Both the position numbers and the translations under genes were made by a program. A stretch of DNA of 64,000 bases. Origin: Bugula neritina (lineage: Eukaryota > Animalia > Bryozoa). Positions 39,242 through 50,814 of the stretch are shown piece by piece. The notes under the pieces were generated by a model. That model did no database searches, was not told the origin of the DNA, and saw only the letters and a list, made by a program, of their open reading frames with translations. The stretch spans positions 24,523,319 to 24,587,318 of the forward strand of contig OZ037768.1 of the NCBI GenBank assembly GCA_964035545.1. The letters are read 5' to 3'. The stretch's first letter is position 1. Every line of letters starts with the position of its first letter.

Positions 39242-42200
39242 CTAGAGGATTATTTTATTAACTTCACTGCCAGAGATCCCCTTGTTTGGTAGAACTATGG
39301 TGTTGAGAATGAGAATCTCGGCTGGTACCTGCACTCTGGAACCTGTGAAACAGAAGGAGTGGATATGAAGGGGTGTAACAGAAGGAGTGGATATGAAGGG
39401 GTGTAACAGAAGGAGTGGATATGAAGGGGTGTAACAGCAGAGGTGGATATGAAGGGGTGAAACAGAAGGAGTGGATATGAAGGGGTGTAACAGAAGAAGC
39501 AAATGTGAAGGAGTGTAACAGAAGGAGTGGACATGAAGGGGTGTAACAGAAGGAGTAGATATGAAGGGGTGTAACAGCAGAGGTGGATATGAAGGGGTGA
39601 AACAGAAGGAGTGGATATGAAGGGGTGTAACAGAAGGAGCAGATATGAAGGAGTGTAACAGAAGGAGTGGACATGAAGGGGTGTAACAGAAGGAGTAGAT
39701 ATGAAGGGGTGTAACAGCAGAGGTGGATATGAAGGGGTGAAACAGAAGGAGTGGATATGAAAGGGTGTAACAGAAGGAGCAGATATGAAGGAGTGTAACA
39801 GAAGGAGTGGACATGAAGGGGTGTAACAGAAAGAGTGGACATGAAGGGGTGTAACAGAAAGAGTGGATATGAAGGGGTGTGACAGAAAGAGTAGATATGA
39901 CAGGGTGAAACAGAAGGAGTAGATATAACAGGGTGTAACAAAAGGAGTGGATATGAGGGAGTGAAACAGTGATGGACACGGATACTCTACCTATAGTCGT
40001 GATGGATGGATTCAGCTGACCCTTGTCATTGAATAGCCCTTTCACCTCAATCTTTGAGAAGGGCTTGTCAGGGTTGGGGTCATTAGGCGTGCCCTCCACC
40101 CTGGTGTAAGCACCTACTGAACTATCCCAACCTGGAATATAACAACTCTGTTAGCGGATTAGCACAAAAATATATGTATTTAACATAGTAACCAAGTATT
40201 TGTAATAGCATGCAAAGTAAAGTATTTACAGTATTTACAGTATTTACAGTAAGTACAGTAACTATGATATTTATACAGTATAACTTACCTATGATACTGT
40301 ACAATATATAAAGTAAGTACATTATAACTTACCTATGATACTATACAATATATAGAGTAAGTACAGTATAACTTACCTATGATACTGTACAATATATAAA
40401 GTAAGTACAGTATAACTTACCTATGATACTGTACAATATATAGAGTAAGTACAGCATAACTTACCTATGATACTATACAGTATACAATATATAGAGTAAG
40501 TACAGTATAACCTACCTATGATGCTGTACAATATGCAGGCGTGGTCATGAATCTGTGCATTCTCTAAAATAAGGGATTCTCGGATCCTTACACCAGCTCC
40601 AATAATAGCCCCTTTGCCGACGCTAACATTTGGACCAATCTATAAATAAACGGCACAGGTCATAAATAAAAAATAACACCCAACAAAGAAACATTACAGT
40701 AATAAACAATAAGCATAGTGTAGTCTATAAATAAAACAAGCAAATCATCTATAAAATAGGCAGATGTATAACAAGCAGATGTATGACTAGCAGACGTATA
40801 AGTAGCAGACGTATAACTAGCAGACGTATAACTAGCAGATGTATAACTAGCAGACGTATAACAAGCAGACATATGACTAGCAGACGTATAACTAGCAGAC
40901 ATATAACTAGCAGACGTATAACTAGCAGACGTATAACAAGCAGATATATAACTAGCAGACGTATAACTAGCAGACGTATAACTAGCAGACGTATAACAAG
41001 CAGACGTATAACTAGCAGACGTATAACTAGCAGATGTATAACTAGCAGACGTATAACAAGCAGACGTATAACTAGCAGACATATAACTAGCAGACGTATA
41101 ACTAGCAGACGTATAACAAGCAGATATATAACTAGCAGACGTATAACTAGCAGACGTATAACTAGCAGACGTATAACTAGCAGACGTATAACAAGCAGAC
41201 GTATAACTAGCAGACGTATAACTAGCAGACGTATAACTAGCAGATGTATTACAAGCAGATGTATAACTAGCAGACGTATAACTAGCAGACGTATGACTAG
41301 CAGATGTATTACAAGCAGATGTATAACTAGCAGACGTATAACTAGCAGACGTACCACAGCTGTAGGATCCACTTGAGCAGTCTTGTGAATATAAACATCA
41401 CCAATTATCCTGGGGCCCAAATCTGAACTTTCACAGAGAAGGTCAGGATTCTGCTTCCTGTAGATCTTTAAATACTGGCGGTTGGCATATATAGTGGCTC
41501 TACAAACACCAACTATAATTATGATGTATTGTGATTCGTGCATACGTTGAGATACAAACTGTCTCGATTGCAATAGTCTTTGGCATGTAAAGGATATTCT
41601 GTAGAAAGTAATGAACTTACGCTGCAGATTTAATTTGACTCCAGAAAGCAGACGTGTGGTAGACGAAGAGCTTATCTGAGCCAGCGAGCTGTGTGAGAAT
41701 GTTATGTTCCAGACTAATGGACTCGTTACGGTATGTGGGAGGAAGTATCGACTCAAAACTAAGGAAATGAAAGACGTTGTAAAGCAATATACACAGGAAG
41801 ACAAGTATGACCTTCACCTTGAGGAAAATACCGGCACCACAAGACTACTACTGCAATCTTCCAAACCCAAGTCACAGAATAACATGTGGAGATGAAAGAA
41901 TAGTTCGTCTAGTATATTCATAAGTCAATACCTTCACCCAAAACATTTTATAATTTAAAAATATGACTAGAATAAATTAAAATCTGGGACTGTTGGAATT
42001 ATAAATTTTGGAAATACAAGAGAAGCCGACTACATGCAGACAATGGGGCGTTGATTGGGAGAGAGATTTACCTGGAGAAGAGCTCTGCTTCCCTACAACA
42101 GCATGTGTGATGCGAAGGTTTGTCAGGCTAACATAACAGGTTACTATTCTACTATAGTTGTTTATTACTGCTTGTTCTCTTTATAGTATTGCTAGGACTA

Positions 42201-45200
42201 TCAGTAAACCAGTTTATTAACATCAGCAGACTACTAGCATACTACTAGCATACTAATAGCATACTACTAGCATACTATTAGCAGACTAATAGCATACTAC
42301 TAGCATACTATTAGCAGACTACTAGCAGACTACTAGCATACTACTAGCATACTAATAGCATACTACTAGCATACTATTAGCAGACTAATAGCATACTACT
42401 AGCATACTATTAGCAGACTACTAGCAGACTACTAGCATACTACTAGCATACTATTAGCATACTACTAGCATACTATTAGCAGACTAATAGCATACTACTA
42501 GCCTACTACTAGCAGACTATTAGCATACTACTACCATACTACTAGTAAACTACTAGCAGATTATTACGCTCAAGTCTACAAGCTGACACATGGTAGAATT
42601 GCTAGCAGACATGCAGTAATAGACTAGATTCTTATGCAATAGGAACTGAGGCTAGCAGATGGCGGGTGTAGTGTGAGAGAATACAGCTAGGCTAGTAGAT
42701 AGTTCACTAGTTGCAGAGCCCAGGCTATAACTCACGGTCGGTGCCCAAACCTCAAAAAGTTTTCAAACAGGTAGAAAGACAAAGTATTATTACAAATAGA
42801 GGGGTTTCAGACATCCCTCCAGAGGAATTTGTATTTTAAAGTTGTCTCCCCCTACAGGTATTAGGGGCAGTCTCAATGATATATAGAAGGCCCATAAAAT
42901 AAGTAGAGATGTATGGTTTGAGTGAAGACTATTACTAGTATAAGTTTCATTTTTTCTGAGATTAATATTTTGGCATAGGTACACATATGAGCAGTTTCAG
43001 AAATTTTTTAAAAAATTTTGTTAATGACAAATGGCACAAAAAGAAAACTTCAAAGCATATTTGTGGTTTTGGTTATTGAGCAAATCTGAAGCTGGCAGCT
43101 GTCATTATTATTTGTTTTGCTGACTGTAACCAGTCTGGTTAGAGCTGCTAACCTTTCAACTCTTAGAACAATAATAACATGCTCATACACTATATAGCTG
43201 CACTAGTGGGCTCTGTCTTACTGAACTCCAAATGCTCCAAATTATGGGTTGAAACACATGCCTGTACGTTTATGAAGGCACTGGCTCATTTGTATTAACA
43301 TGTTCACGTACTTGCACACCTATACTATGAAAATAACTAAGCCACCCTACTATCTAATATTTCTATATATCAAAAAAATTATTATAAATATAAAGATATG
43401 TATTAAAATAGATAGATTAAATTTGTAATTTCAAACAACATCTTATCTAAAAATGCCAAACACTGTATAACTATATATATTTTTTAAAAGCATTTGTTTA
43501 CATGGCATGCCTGCAAGTCAATGAAAATATTTAAAGAACAGTAAAAAGAAGCATATAAATTTCAGAATAGTTTCTTCTTTTCTGAGATAAATATTTTGGA
43601 AATGTCCCACAATTCAACATTTAAATTAAGTCTGTAAAAGGATTTTTCACAGTGTATTTTCAATGAATAATTATTCTTGCAAGCTGGTTTGTGTTTGTTC
43701 TGGCATGCCATTTTACAGTGGTCTAGTTAACTAGGTCAAAGTTCATTGAGGTGGAATTGTTTTGTTAACCTCCTTGTGTCGATAAAATACTATCATTGGA
43801 TTTAGAGCTTCTCTAAGCAACTTGCAGTCTGATTAAATATCTGCGATACCTGCCTATTAGACAATCCAAACCTAAAAAATAATATACTAAATCTTTGTAT
43901 TACATGTATGGATGAAAAATAATGCAACAAATTGGCTAAAGCATGTTCAAGTAATGTGAAAAACTCGAAATATAAATGAGTCAAACTAGAGCTAGTCAAG
44001 TGTGTGGTGTTTTTGGCCGATTTATATGTGTTGTTTAATCAGCTTATTATGTAGTGATGTAATCCTATATAATGTAATTTAAGTTAGACAGCTAAAGTCG
44101 GACAGTTCTCATCGTGCACTTTCTTGAATAAGCAGTTATGTAATATAGAGAGACAGCTACTCAACAGAGAGCTTCAAGCAAACAAAATTCTTGCAACGAG
44201 GTTGATTGAATACAAAACAGCTGCTGTTATTCTTATAGCAGCATTCATTGTATAAGAGATAGCCTGATGGTTAACATAGTTTACATACAGTGACATACCA
44301 CTGAAAATTATTAGAAACCACAGAAAAGATATAAAGGAGAGAATGCTGGCACAAAGGAAGTATAGCAATGCGGTCAAATATATGGCTGAAAACTGACCTA
44401 GAGATAAATAAGTACAAAATGTACATAATATAGCTAAATCAGTAAAGCCAAATGATTTGATATAAAAAGTATTATCTGGGAATTTAGTGAAACTTAGTAG
44501 CATTATTTAGAACTCCACCTTTGAGCAAGATCCGTATGGAGTAAAGCCAATCTTAATTTTATTAGTGTCATAAGAATGCAGTCATTATGACATAGTTCGT
44601 TCTTTCTATACTTTACAGCTGGTACTAAATGTACATTTCAACTTTTTTTTTGAAAACAAAATAAGTTGCTTTGGCTGAAAAGTGCTTTTTTTTAATGATT
44701 TTTTTTCTGCAATGCAGCAGTATACAATTTACAATGCTCCAAAAACATTTCTTTATTAGGAATGTTGGTATACAAACAGCTTGCAAGAATAATTATTCAT
44801 TGAAAATACACTGTGAAAAATCCTTTTACAGACTTAATTTAAATGTTGAATTGTGGGACATTTCCAAAATATTTATCTCAGAAAAGAAGAAACTATTCTG
44901 AAATTTATATGCTTCTTTTTACTGTTCTTTAAATATTTTCATTGACTTGCAGGCATGCCATGTAAACAAATGCTTTTAAAAAATATATACAGTGTTTGGC
45001 ATTTTTAGATAAGATGTTGTTTGAAATTAAAAATTTAATCTATCTATTTTAGTACATATCTTTATATTTATAATAATCTTTTTGATATATAGAAATATTA
45101 GATAGTAGGGTGGCTTAGTTATTTTCATAGTATAGGTGTGTAAGTACGTGAACATGTTAATACAAATGAGCCAGTGCCTTCATAAACGTACAGGCATGTG

Positions 45201-48200
45201 TTCCAACCCATAATTTGGAGCATTTGGAGTTCAGTAAGACAGAGCCCACTAGTGCAGCTATATAGTGTATGAGCATGTTATTATTGTTCTAAGAGTTGAA
45301 AGGTTAGCAGCTCTAACCAGACTGGTTACAGTCAGCAAAGCAAATCATAATGACAGCTGCCAGCTTCAGATTTGCTCAATAACCAAAACCACAAATATGC
45401 TTTGAAGTTTTCTTTTTGTGCCATTTATCATTAACAAAATTTTTTAAAAAATTTCTGAAACTGCTCATATGTGTACCTATGCCAAAATATTAATCTCAGA
45501 AAAAATGAAACTTATACTAGTAGTAGTCTTCACTCAAACCATACATCTCTACTTATTTTATGGGCCTTCTATATATCATTGAGACTGCCCCTAATACCTG
45601 TAGGGGGAGACAACTTTAAAATACAAATTCCTCTGGAGGGATGTCTGAAACCCCTCTATTATAGACACAAGAAACAAGTGGAAACAAGCTACACGTCATG
45701 CAACAACAATCAGTTGAAGTGAGTAAAGTAGAGGTAGACCTACTTGGTGTTGTTCTGGTTGGACTCAAAGGCTTTGAACAGATGCTGGAAGATGTGCATA
45801 GAGAAGAGGTAGACTCCACAGTTGATGGTGGCACTGACAAAGGTTTCCGGCTTCTCCACGTAGTGCAACACCTGTGATTAGAGTATTAGAGTTGTGTAGT
45901 ATTAGAGTTGTGTAGTATTAGAGTTGTGTAGTATTAGAGTGTGTATAGTATTATATAGTGTATAGTATTACAGTGTGTATAGTATTACAGAGTGTATAGT
46001 ATTACAGAGTGTGTATAGTATTAGAGTTGTATAGTATTATATAGTGCATAGTATTACAGAGTGTATAGTATTACAGAGTGTATAGTATTACAGAGTGTGT
46101 ATAGTATTACAGAGTGTATAGTATTACAGTGTGTATAGTATTACAGAGTGTATAGTATTACAGAGTGTATAGTATTACAGAGTGTATAGTATTACAGAGT
46201 GTATAGTATTACAGTGTGTATAGTATTACATAGTGTATAGTATTACATAGTGTATAGTATTACAGAGTGTATAGTATTATATAGTGCATAGTATTACAGA
46301 GTGTATAGTATTACAGAGTGTATAGTATTACAGAGTGTATAGTATTACAGTGTGTATAGTATTACAGAGTGTGTATAGTATTACAGAGTGTGTAGTATTA
46401 CAGTGTGTATAGTATTACAGTGTGCATAGTATTACAGAGTGTATAGTATTACAGTGTGTATAGTATTACATAGTGTATAGTATTACATAGTGTATAGTAT
46501 TACAGTGTGTATAGTATTACAGTGTGTATAGTATTACAGTGTGTATAGTATTACAGTGTGTATAGTATGATATAGTGCATAGTATTACAGTGTGTATAGT
46601 ATTACAGAGTGTATAGTATTACAGTGTGTATAGTATTACAGAGTGTATAGTATTACAGTGTGTATAGTATTACAGTGTGTATAGTATTACAGTGTGTATA
46701 GTATTACAGTGTGTATAGTATTACAGTGTGTATAGTATTACAGTGTATAGTATTACAGAGTGTATAGTATTACAGTGTGTATAGTATTACAGTGTGTATA
46801 GTATTACAGTGTGTATAGTATTACAGTGTGTATAGTATGATATAGTGCATAGTATTACAGTGTGTATAGTATGATATAGTGCATAGTATTACAGAGTGTA
46901 TAGTATTACAGAGTGTATAGTATTACAGTGTGTATAGTATTACAGTGTGTATAGTATTACAGTGTATAGTATTACAGAGTGTATAGTATTACAGTGTATA
47001 GTATTACAGAGTGTATAGTATTACAGTGTATAGTATTACAGAGTGTATAGTATTACAGAGTGTATAGTATTACAGAGTGTATAGTATTACAGAGTGTATA
47101 GTATTATATAGAGTATAGTATTACAGAGTGTATAGTATTACAGAGTGTATAGTATTACAGAGTGTATAGTATTATATAGAGTATAGTATTACAGAGTGTA
47201 TAGTATTACAGAGTGTATAGTATTACAGAGTGTGTAGTATTACAGAGTGTATAGTATTACAGAGTGTATAGTATTATATAGAGTATAGTATTACAGAGTG
47301 TATAGTATTACAGAGTGTATAGTATTACAGTGTATAGTATTACAGAGTGTATAGTATTACAGAGTGTATAGTATTACAGAGTGTATAGTATTACAGAGTG
47401 TATAGTATTACAGTGTGTATAGTATTACAGAGTGTATAGTATTACAGTGTGTATAGTATTACAGAGTGTATAGTATTACAGAGTGTATAGTATTACAGAG
47501 TGTATAGTATTATATAGTGTATAGTATTACAGTGTGTATAGTATTACAGTGTGTATAGTATTACAGTGTGTATAGTATTACAGTGTATAGTATTACAGAG
47601 TGTATAGTATTACAGAGTGTATAGTATTACAGAGTGTATAGTATTACAGTGTGTATAGTATTACAGAGTGTATAGTATTACAGTGTGTATAGTATTACAG
47701 TGTGTATAGTATTACAGTGTGTATAGTATTACAGTGTGTATAGTATTACAGTGTGTATAGTATGATATAGTGTATAGTATTACAGTGTGTATAGTATTAC
47801 AGAGTGTATAGTATTACAGTGTGTATATAGACTTACCTCCCCTGTCTCCTTCTTGCTCACTACACATCCATAGTTGAGAGATTGCTGACGCGTGGCCTAG
47901 TCAATCAGAAAGTCACATTACATTCAACACAATACATGTACATCATGAAATCACACATATTAGTAGATATTGAGAATAAATGGTCAGTGATTTAGAGTCA
48001 CGTGCTACACAGGACCCCTACCATGAGATGAAACTACTCTAGGAGCTGAGTTTATGGCCATACCTCTGTGCCTAGCATAGTGTACTGCTCTCTGTGACTG
48101 TAATGGTCTCCTCTCCTTTTACTTCTGTGAAACTTTAACATCTCAATAAGCGGGAAATCCCCACACACATCGCAGTTGAACACAAAGAAGGCCTCAGGGT

Positions 48201-49279
48201 TGCCGTTCTGAATTTGGTCTCGGAAATGATAAATTCCACCAGCAGTGCCAAGTTGTGCAAATTCTTGATAGTACCTATAAAGTTACCAGAGAGATGTCCA
48301 GGGAGTAGTGGTAAAATTAAATGATATGAGAATATCTTTTGATAAATATCCAGCACCGTGATACTGTTATGTACTAATACCTGATTTGAAGAGAGAACAT
48401 AGCTCTCGTATTTAAAATGAACTCCTTGAGTTTAGGTTCATCATGCTGATATGATCCTATGAGTAGCACCTCATTGAGCCCTTCGACCTGCAGAATATGA
48501 GACTTTGTGACTCTAGGGCTAAACTATGTGATGAGTTAACATATAATGGCAACAAAATATGGTTTTGTGATGATATTGAAACTTTGAAAATCAGACACAT
48601 TTAAAAGCTAGTTAAAGAATTGAGTGCTGGATTCTAGAAGTTACCTTAGAACAACTTTCAATGAGATGATATATCATAGGGTGACCAGCTATCGGGAATA
48701 ATGGCTTGGGTACATCCAAGGACAGCGGTCTAAATCGAGTTCCTGGAATAGAAAGAAATTTCTAATTTACCAAACTATGCATTGGTGGAGAAATATAGTT
48801 AAATTTGGCGATGAAGGAATTTTTTATTTCAAGAATATTAATGCTATTAAATACTACTCATGATACACAATGTAGACTGATGTAGAAAAATGAGTAGATA
48901 GCTAAATCAGTTACTGTATCTATACATGTATGCACTGAATAAAGGCTTAATATTAATTTATATTACTTTTATATTTACAGCAATCATCAATATGTAGCTG
49001 AACAGTTGCTTATCATGAGGCTAAATGACCATTTAATTTCCTAGTAGAAATCTAAAATATAGTAGGATTCTGCTTAGTATTAAAACTATGTGACAACATT
49101 GAATGATAATAATAAAATTGAATAATTGAATAATTATAATAAACAATTTTGGCGAACCGGTACTGCCACCGGTAACTTGAATTATGATTAAGTTAAATTA
49201 AACTTTGACATGACTACTCGTACTAACCTTTCATTGGACCACCAATTAATATAACTGCTTTCAATGTTGAAGCAGCCAT
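39242..49279 (-). CDS. GMPPA: Mannose-1-phosphate guanylyltransferase regulatory subunit alpha
   Basis: [93 protein letters not shown]-terminal NKIIL*. Exons approx 49279-49228, 48742-48645, 48488-48382, 48274-48064, 47896-47837, 45872-45744, 41758-41621, 41498-41355, 40639-40516, 40131-39991, 39342-39242. Confidence 0.96.
39345..39970. repeat. 28-bp intronic minisatellite with 140-bp (5-mer) higher-order repeat
   Basis: Unit GTGTAACAGAAGGAGTGGATATGAAGGG; ACAGCAG variant recurs at 39434, 39574, 39714; abuts GMPPA last acceptor. Confidence 0.93.
40275..40535. repeat. 44-bp repeat containing copies of the GMPPA exon end and splice donor
   Basis: Unit TATAACTTACCTATGATACTGTACAATATATAAAGTAAGTACAG; the last copy overlaps the exon (ILYSII). 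Confidence 0.9.
40760..41354. repeat. 15-bp intronic minisatellite starting at the donor
   Basis: Unit ACTAGCAGACGTATA; minus strand reads GTACGTCTGCTAGTTATACG... Confidence 0.95.
42228..42560. repeat. 11-bp intronic minisatellite
   Basis: Unit TACTAGCATAC. Confidence 0.9.
42799..45656. mobile_element. Foldback-type non-autonomous DNA transposon with ~890-bp TIRs
   Basis: 42799-~43692 is the reverse complement of ~44772-45656 with few differences; termini GAGGGG...CCCCTC flanked by TA on both sides; mirrored ORFs 42790..42984(-) and 45471..45722(+) confirm the inversion. Confidence 0.92.
45878..47828. repeat. 17-bp intronic minisatellite (~1.95 kb)
   Basis: Unit TAGTATTACAG(A/T)GTGTA; fills the intron from donor to acceptor. 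Confidence 0.95.
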
Positions 49280-49793
49280 GGAGATGATGCTATTATTTGC
49301 AGGGATTGTCTTGTACTTGTAGTTGTTCAGACTTCAGTGAGAGTGCAACTGCAATTCAACTTTCTACTTGACCACTTGAAATGTTTTGAATACTGGTACA
49401 CGATTAGAAAATACTATTTATATTAAAAAAAGAACTTCCAAAAATAAATAACAATAAAGTAAATACTAAATATAAAAATAATAATAGCTATTGCCTATTA
49501 GAATGTGAAAGTTATTGTTTGTAGTTTTCACTTTTTCAGTTCTGTGGATTTGTTTACGTTTAGTATTTGGTGCGCTTGCTTTAGCGCAACACTTTAAAAA
49601 CTGAACAATTACGTGAAATAGTTAGGTATGCGTGTGGTCTGTAAGCTATAGGACTAGGCCATGACATTTCTTTTATTTTTGCACTCAGTTCTCGGAGGTC
49701 GCAAATTAATCACTCCTCAGCTGAGGCCAGAAAAAAAATACTATTTAAATTTTAATAAGTAATAATAATAATATTCATAAATTAAAAAATATT

Positions 49794-49951
49794 GTGCACT
49801 AAATGAAAATAATCTAAACATAATTTTATTACTTTTTAGTTATTGGCTATTGAATTAGATTTAGTTGGAATATTCCAACTAATTCAATAGCCAATAACTA
49901 ATAAGTAATAAAATTATGTTTAGATTATTTTCATTTACTGATTTAGTGCAC
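49794..49951. repeat. AT-rich long palindrome (MITE-like or inverted duplication)
   Basis: Arms GTGCACTAAAT...ATTTAGTGCAC, loop-less centre GGAATATTCC at 49867-49876. Confidence 0.8.
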
Positions 49952-50814
49952 CATATATTTAAATTTAGTCTAAGCTTAAAGTTAATACAGTATTACTAAT
50001 AGTAATAATAGTACTTATAGTTAGTTGAAATATATATTAATATACTTATTTTCAAATTTTGCAAAACGACAATGAGTATGACTAGAAGATTGAGTATCAG
50101 TATGAGTATGAGTATGAGTGAGTGATGTCATAGTATGACAAGCACAAGAACAATGAATGAATGCTTTTTTATTTTCATTTTAATTTTGTCTAATCTATAA
50201 ATTTATTTATTTATTAAGAATGATTCGAAATTTAGTCATAATTATAACGATTAATAATGTATTATTGGTTATTAAAAGTTACTAATACTAATACCATCAG
50301 TATCACTATCAGACGTATGGTTAGTCTAATTATCAGAGTTACTGTTAGCAGTTCATTTAGTTTTACAATTATAATTACTTTTAGTATTACTATAAGTATA
50401 AGTACAATAATATGAATAGTGATACTAATGGTAATAGTTGTAGTAATACTCTAAATTTATAAGACTGAGTATGAGTAATGGTAATACGCATACTGATATT
50501 TATAGTTATTACTTTGTAGTTTAAGTTATACCTATGGCCATAGTAATATGTATAGTAAACTTTTATATTTAATTGCTTAGAGGTATACTTAAAACTATAC
50601 TGATAGTGCTACTAAATTTAATATTTGAACTTTAACTTGATATTATACTTATAGTTGTTCCACTGTTGACTTTGCATTATTTTAATTTACTTTTAGAATT
50701 GATATTAATTATTGTCTATTTGATTTCATGTGAGATTGTGATTCTGAGTATCTCATAATTAGGTGCAAGTACTAGATTATCAGCCAATGTCAAGGTTGTC
50801 TAATCATTGTAGTC

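Noticed and set aside
42790-45722. Duplicated small genes [11 protein letters not shown]...
   Set aside because: Mirror ORFs within the two TIR arms, GTG starts, no coding signature.
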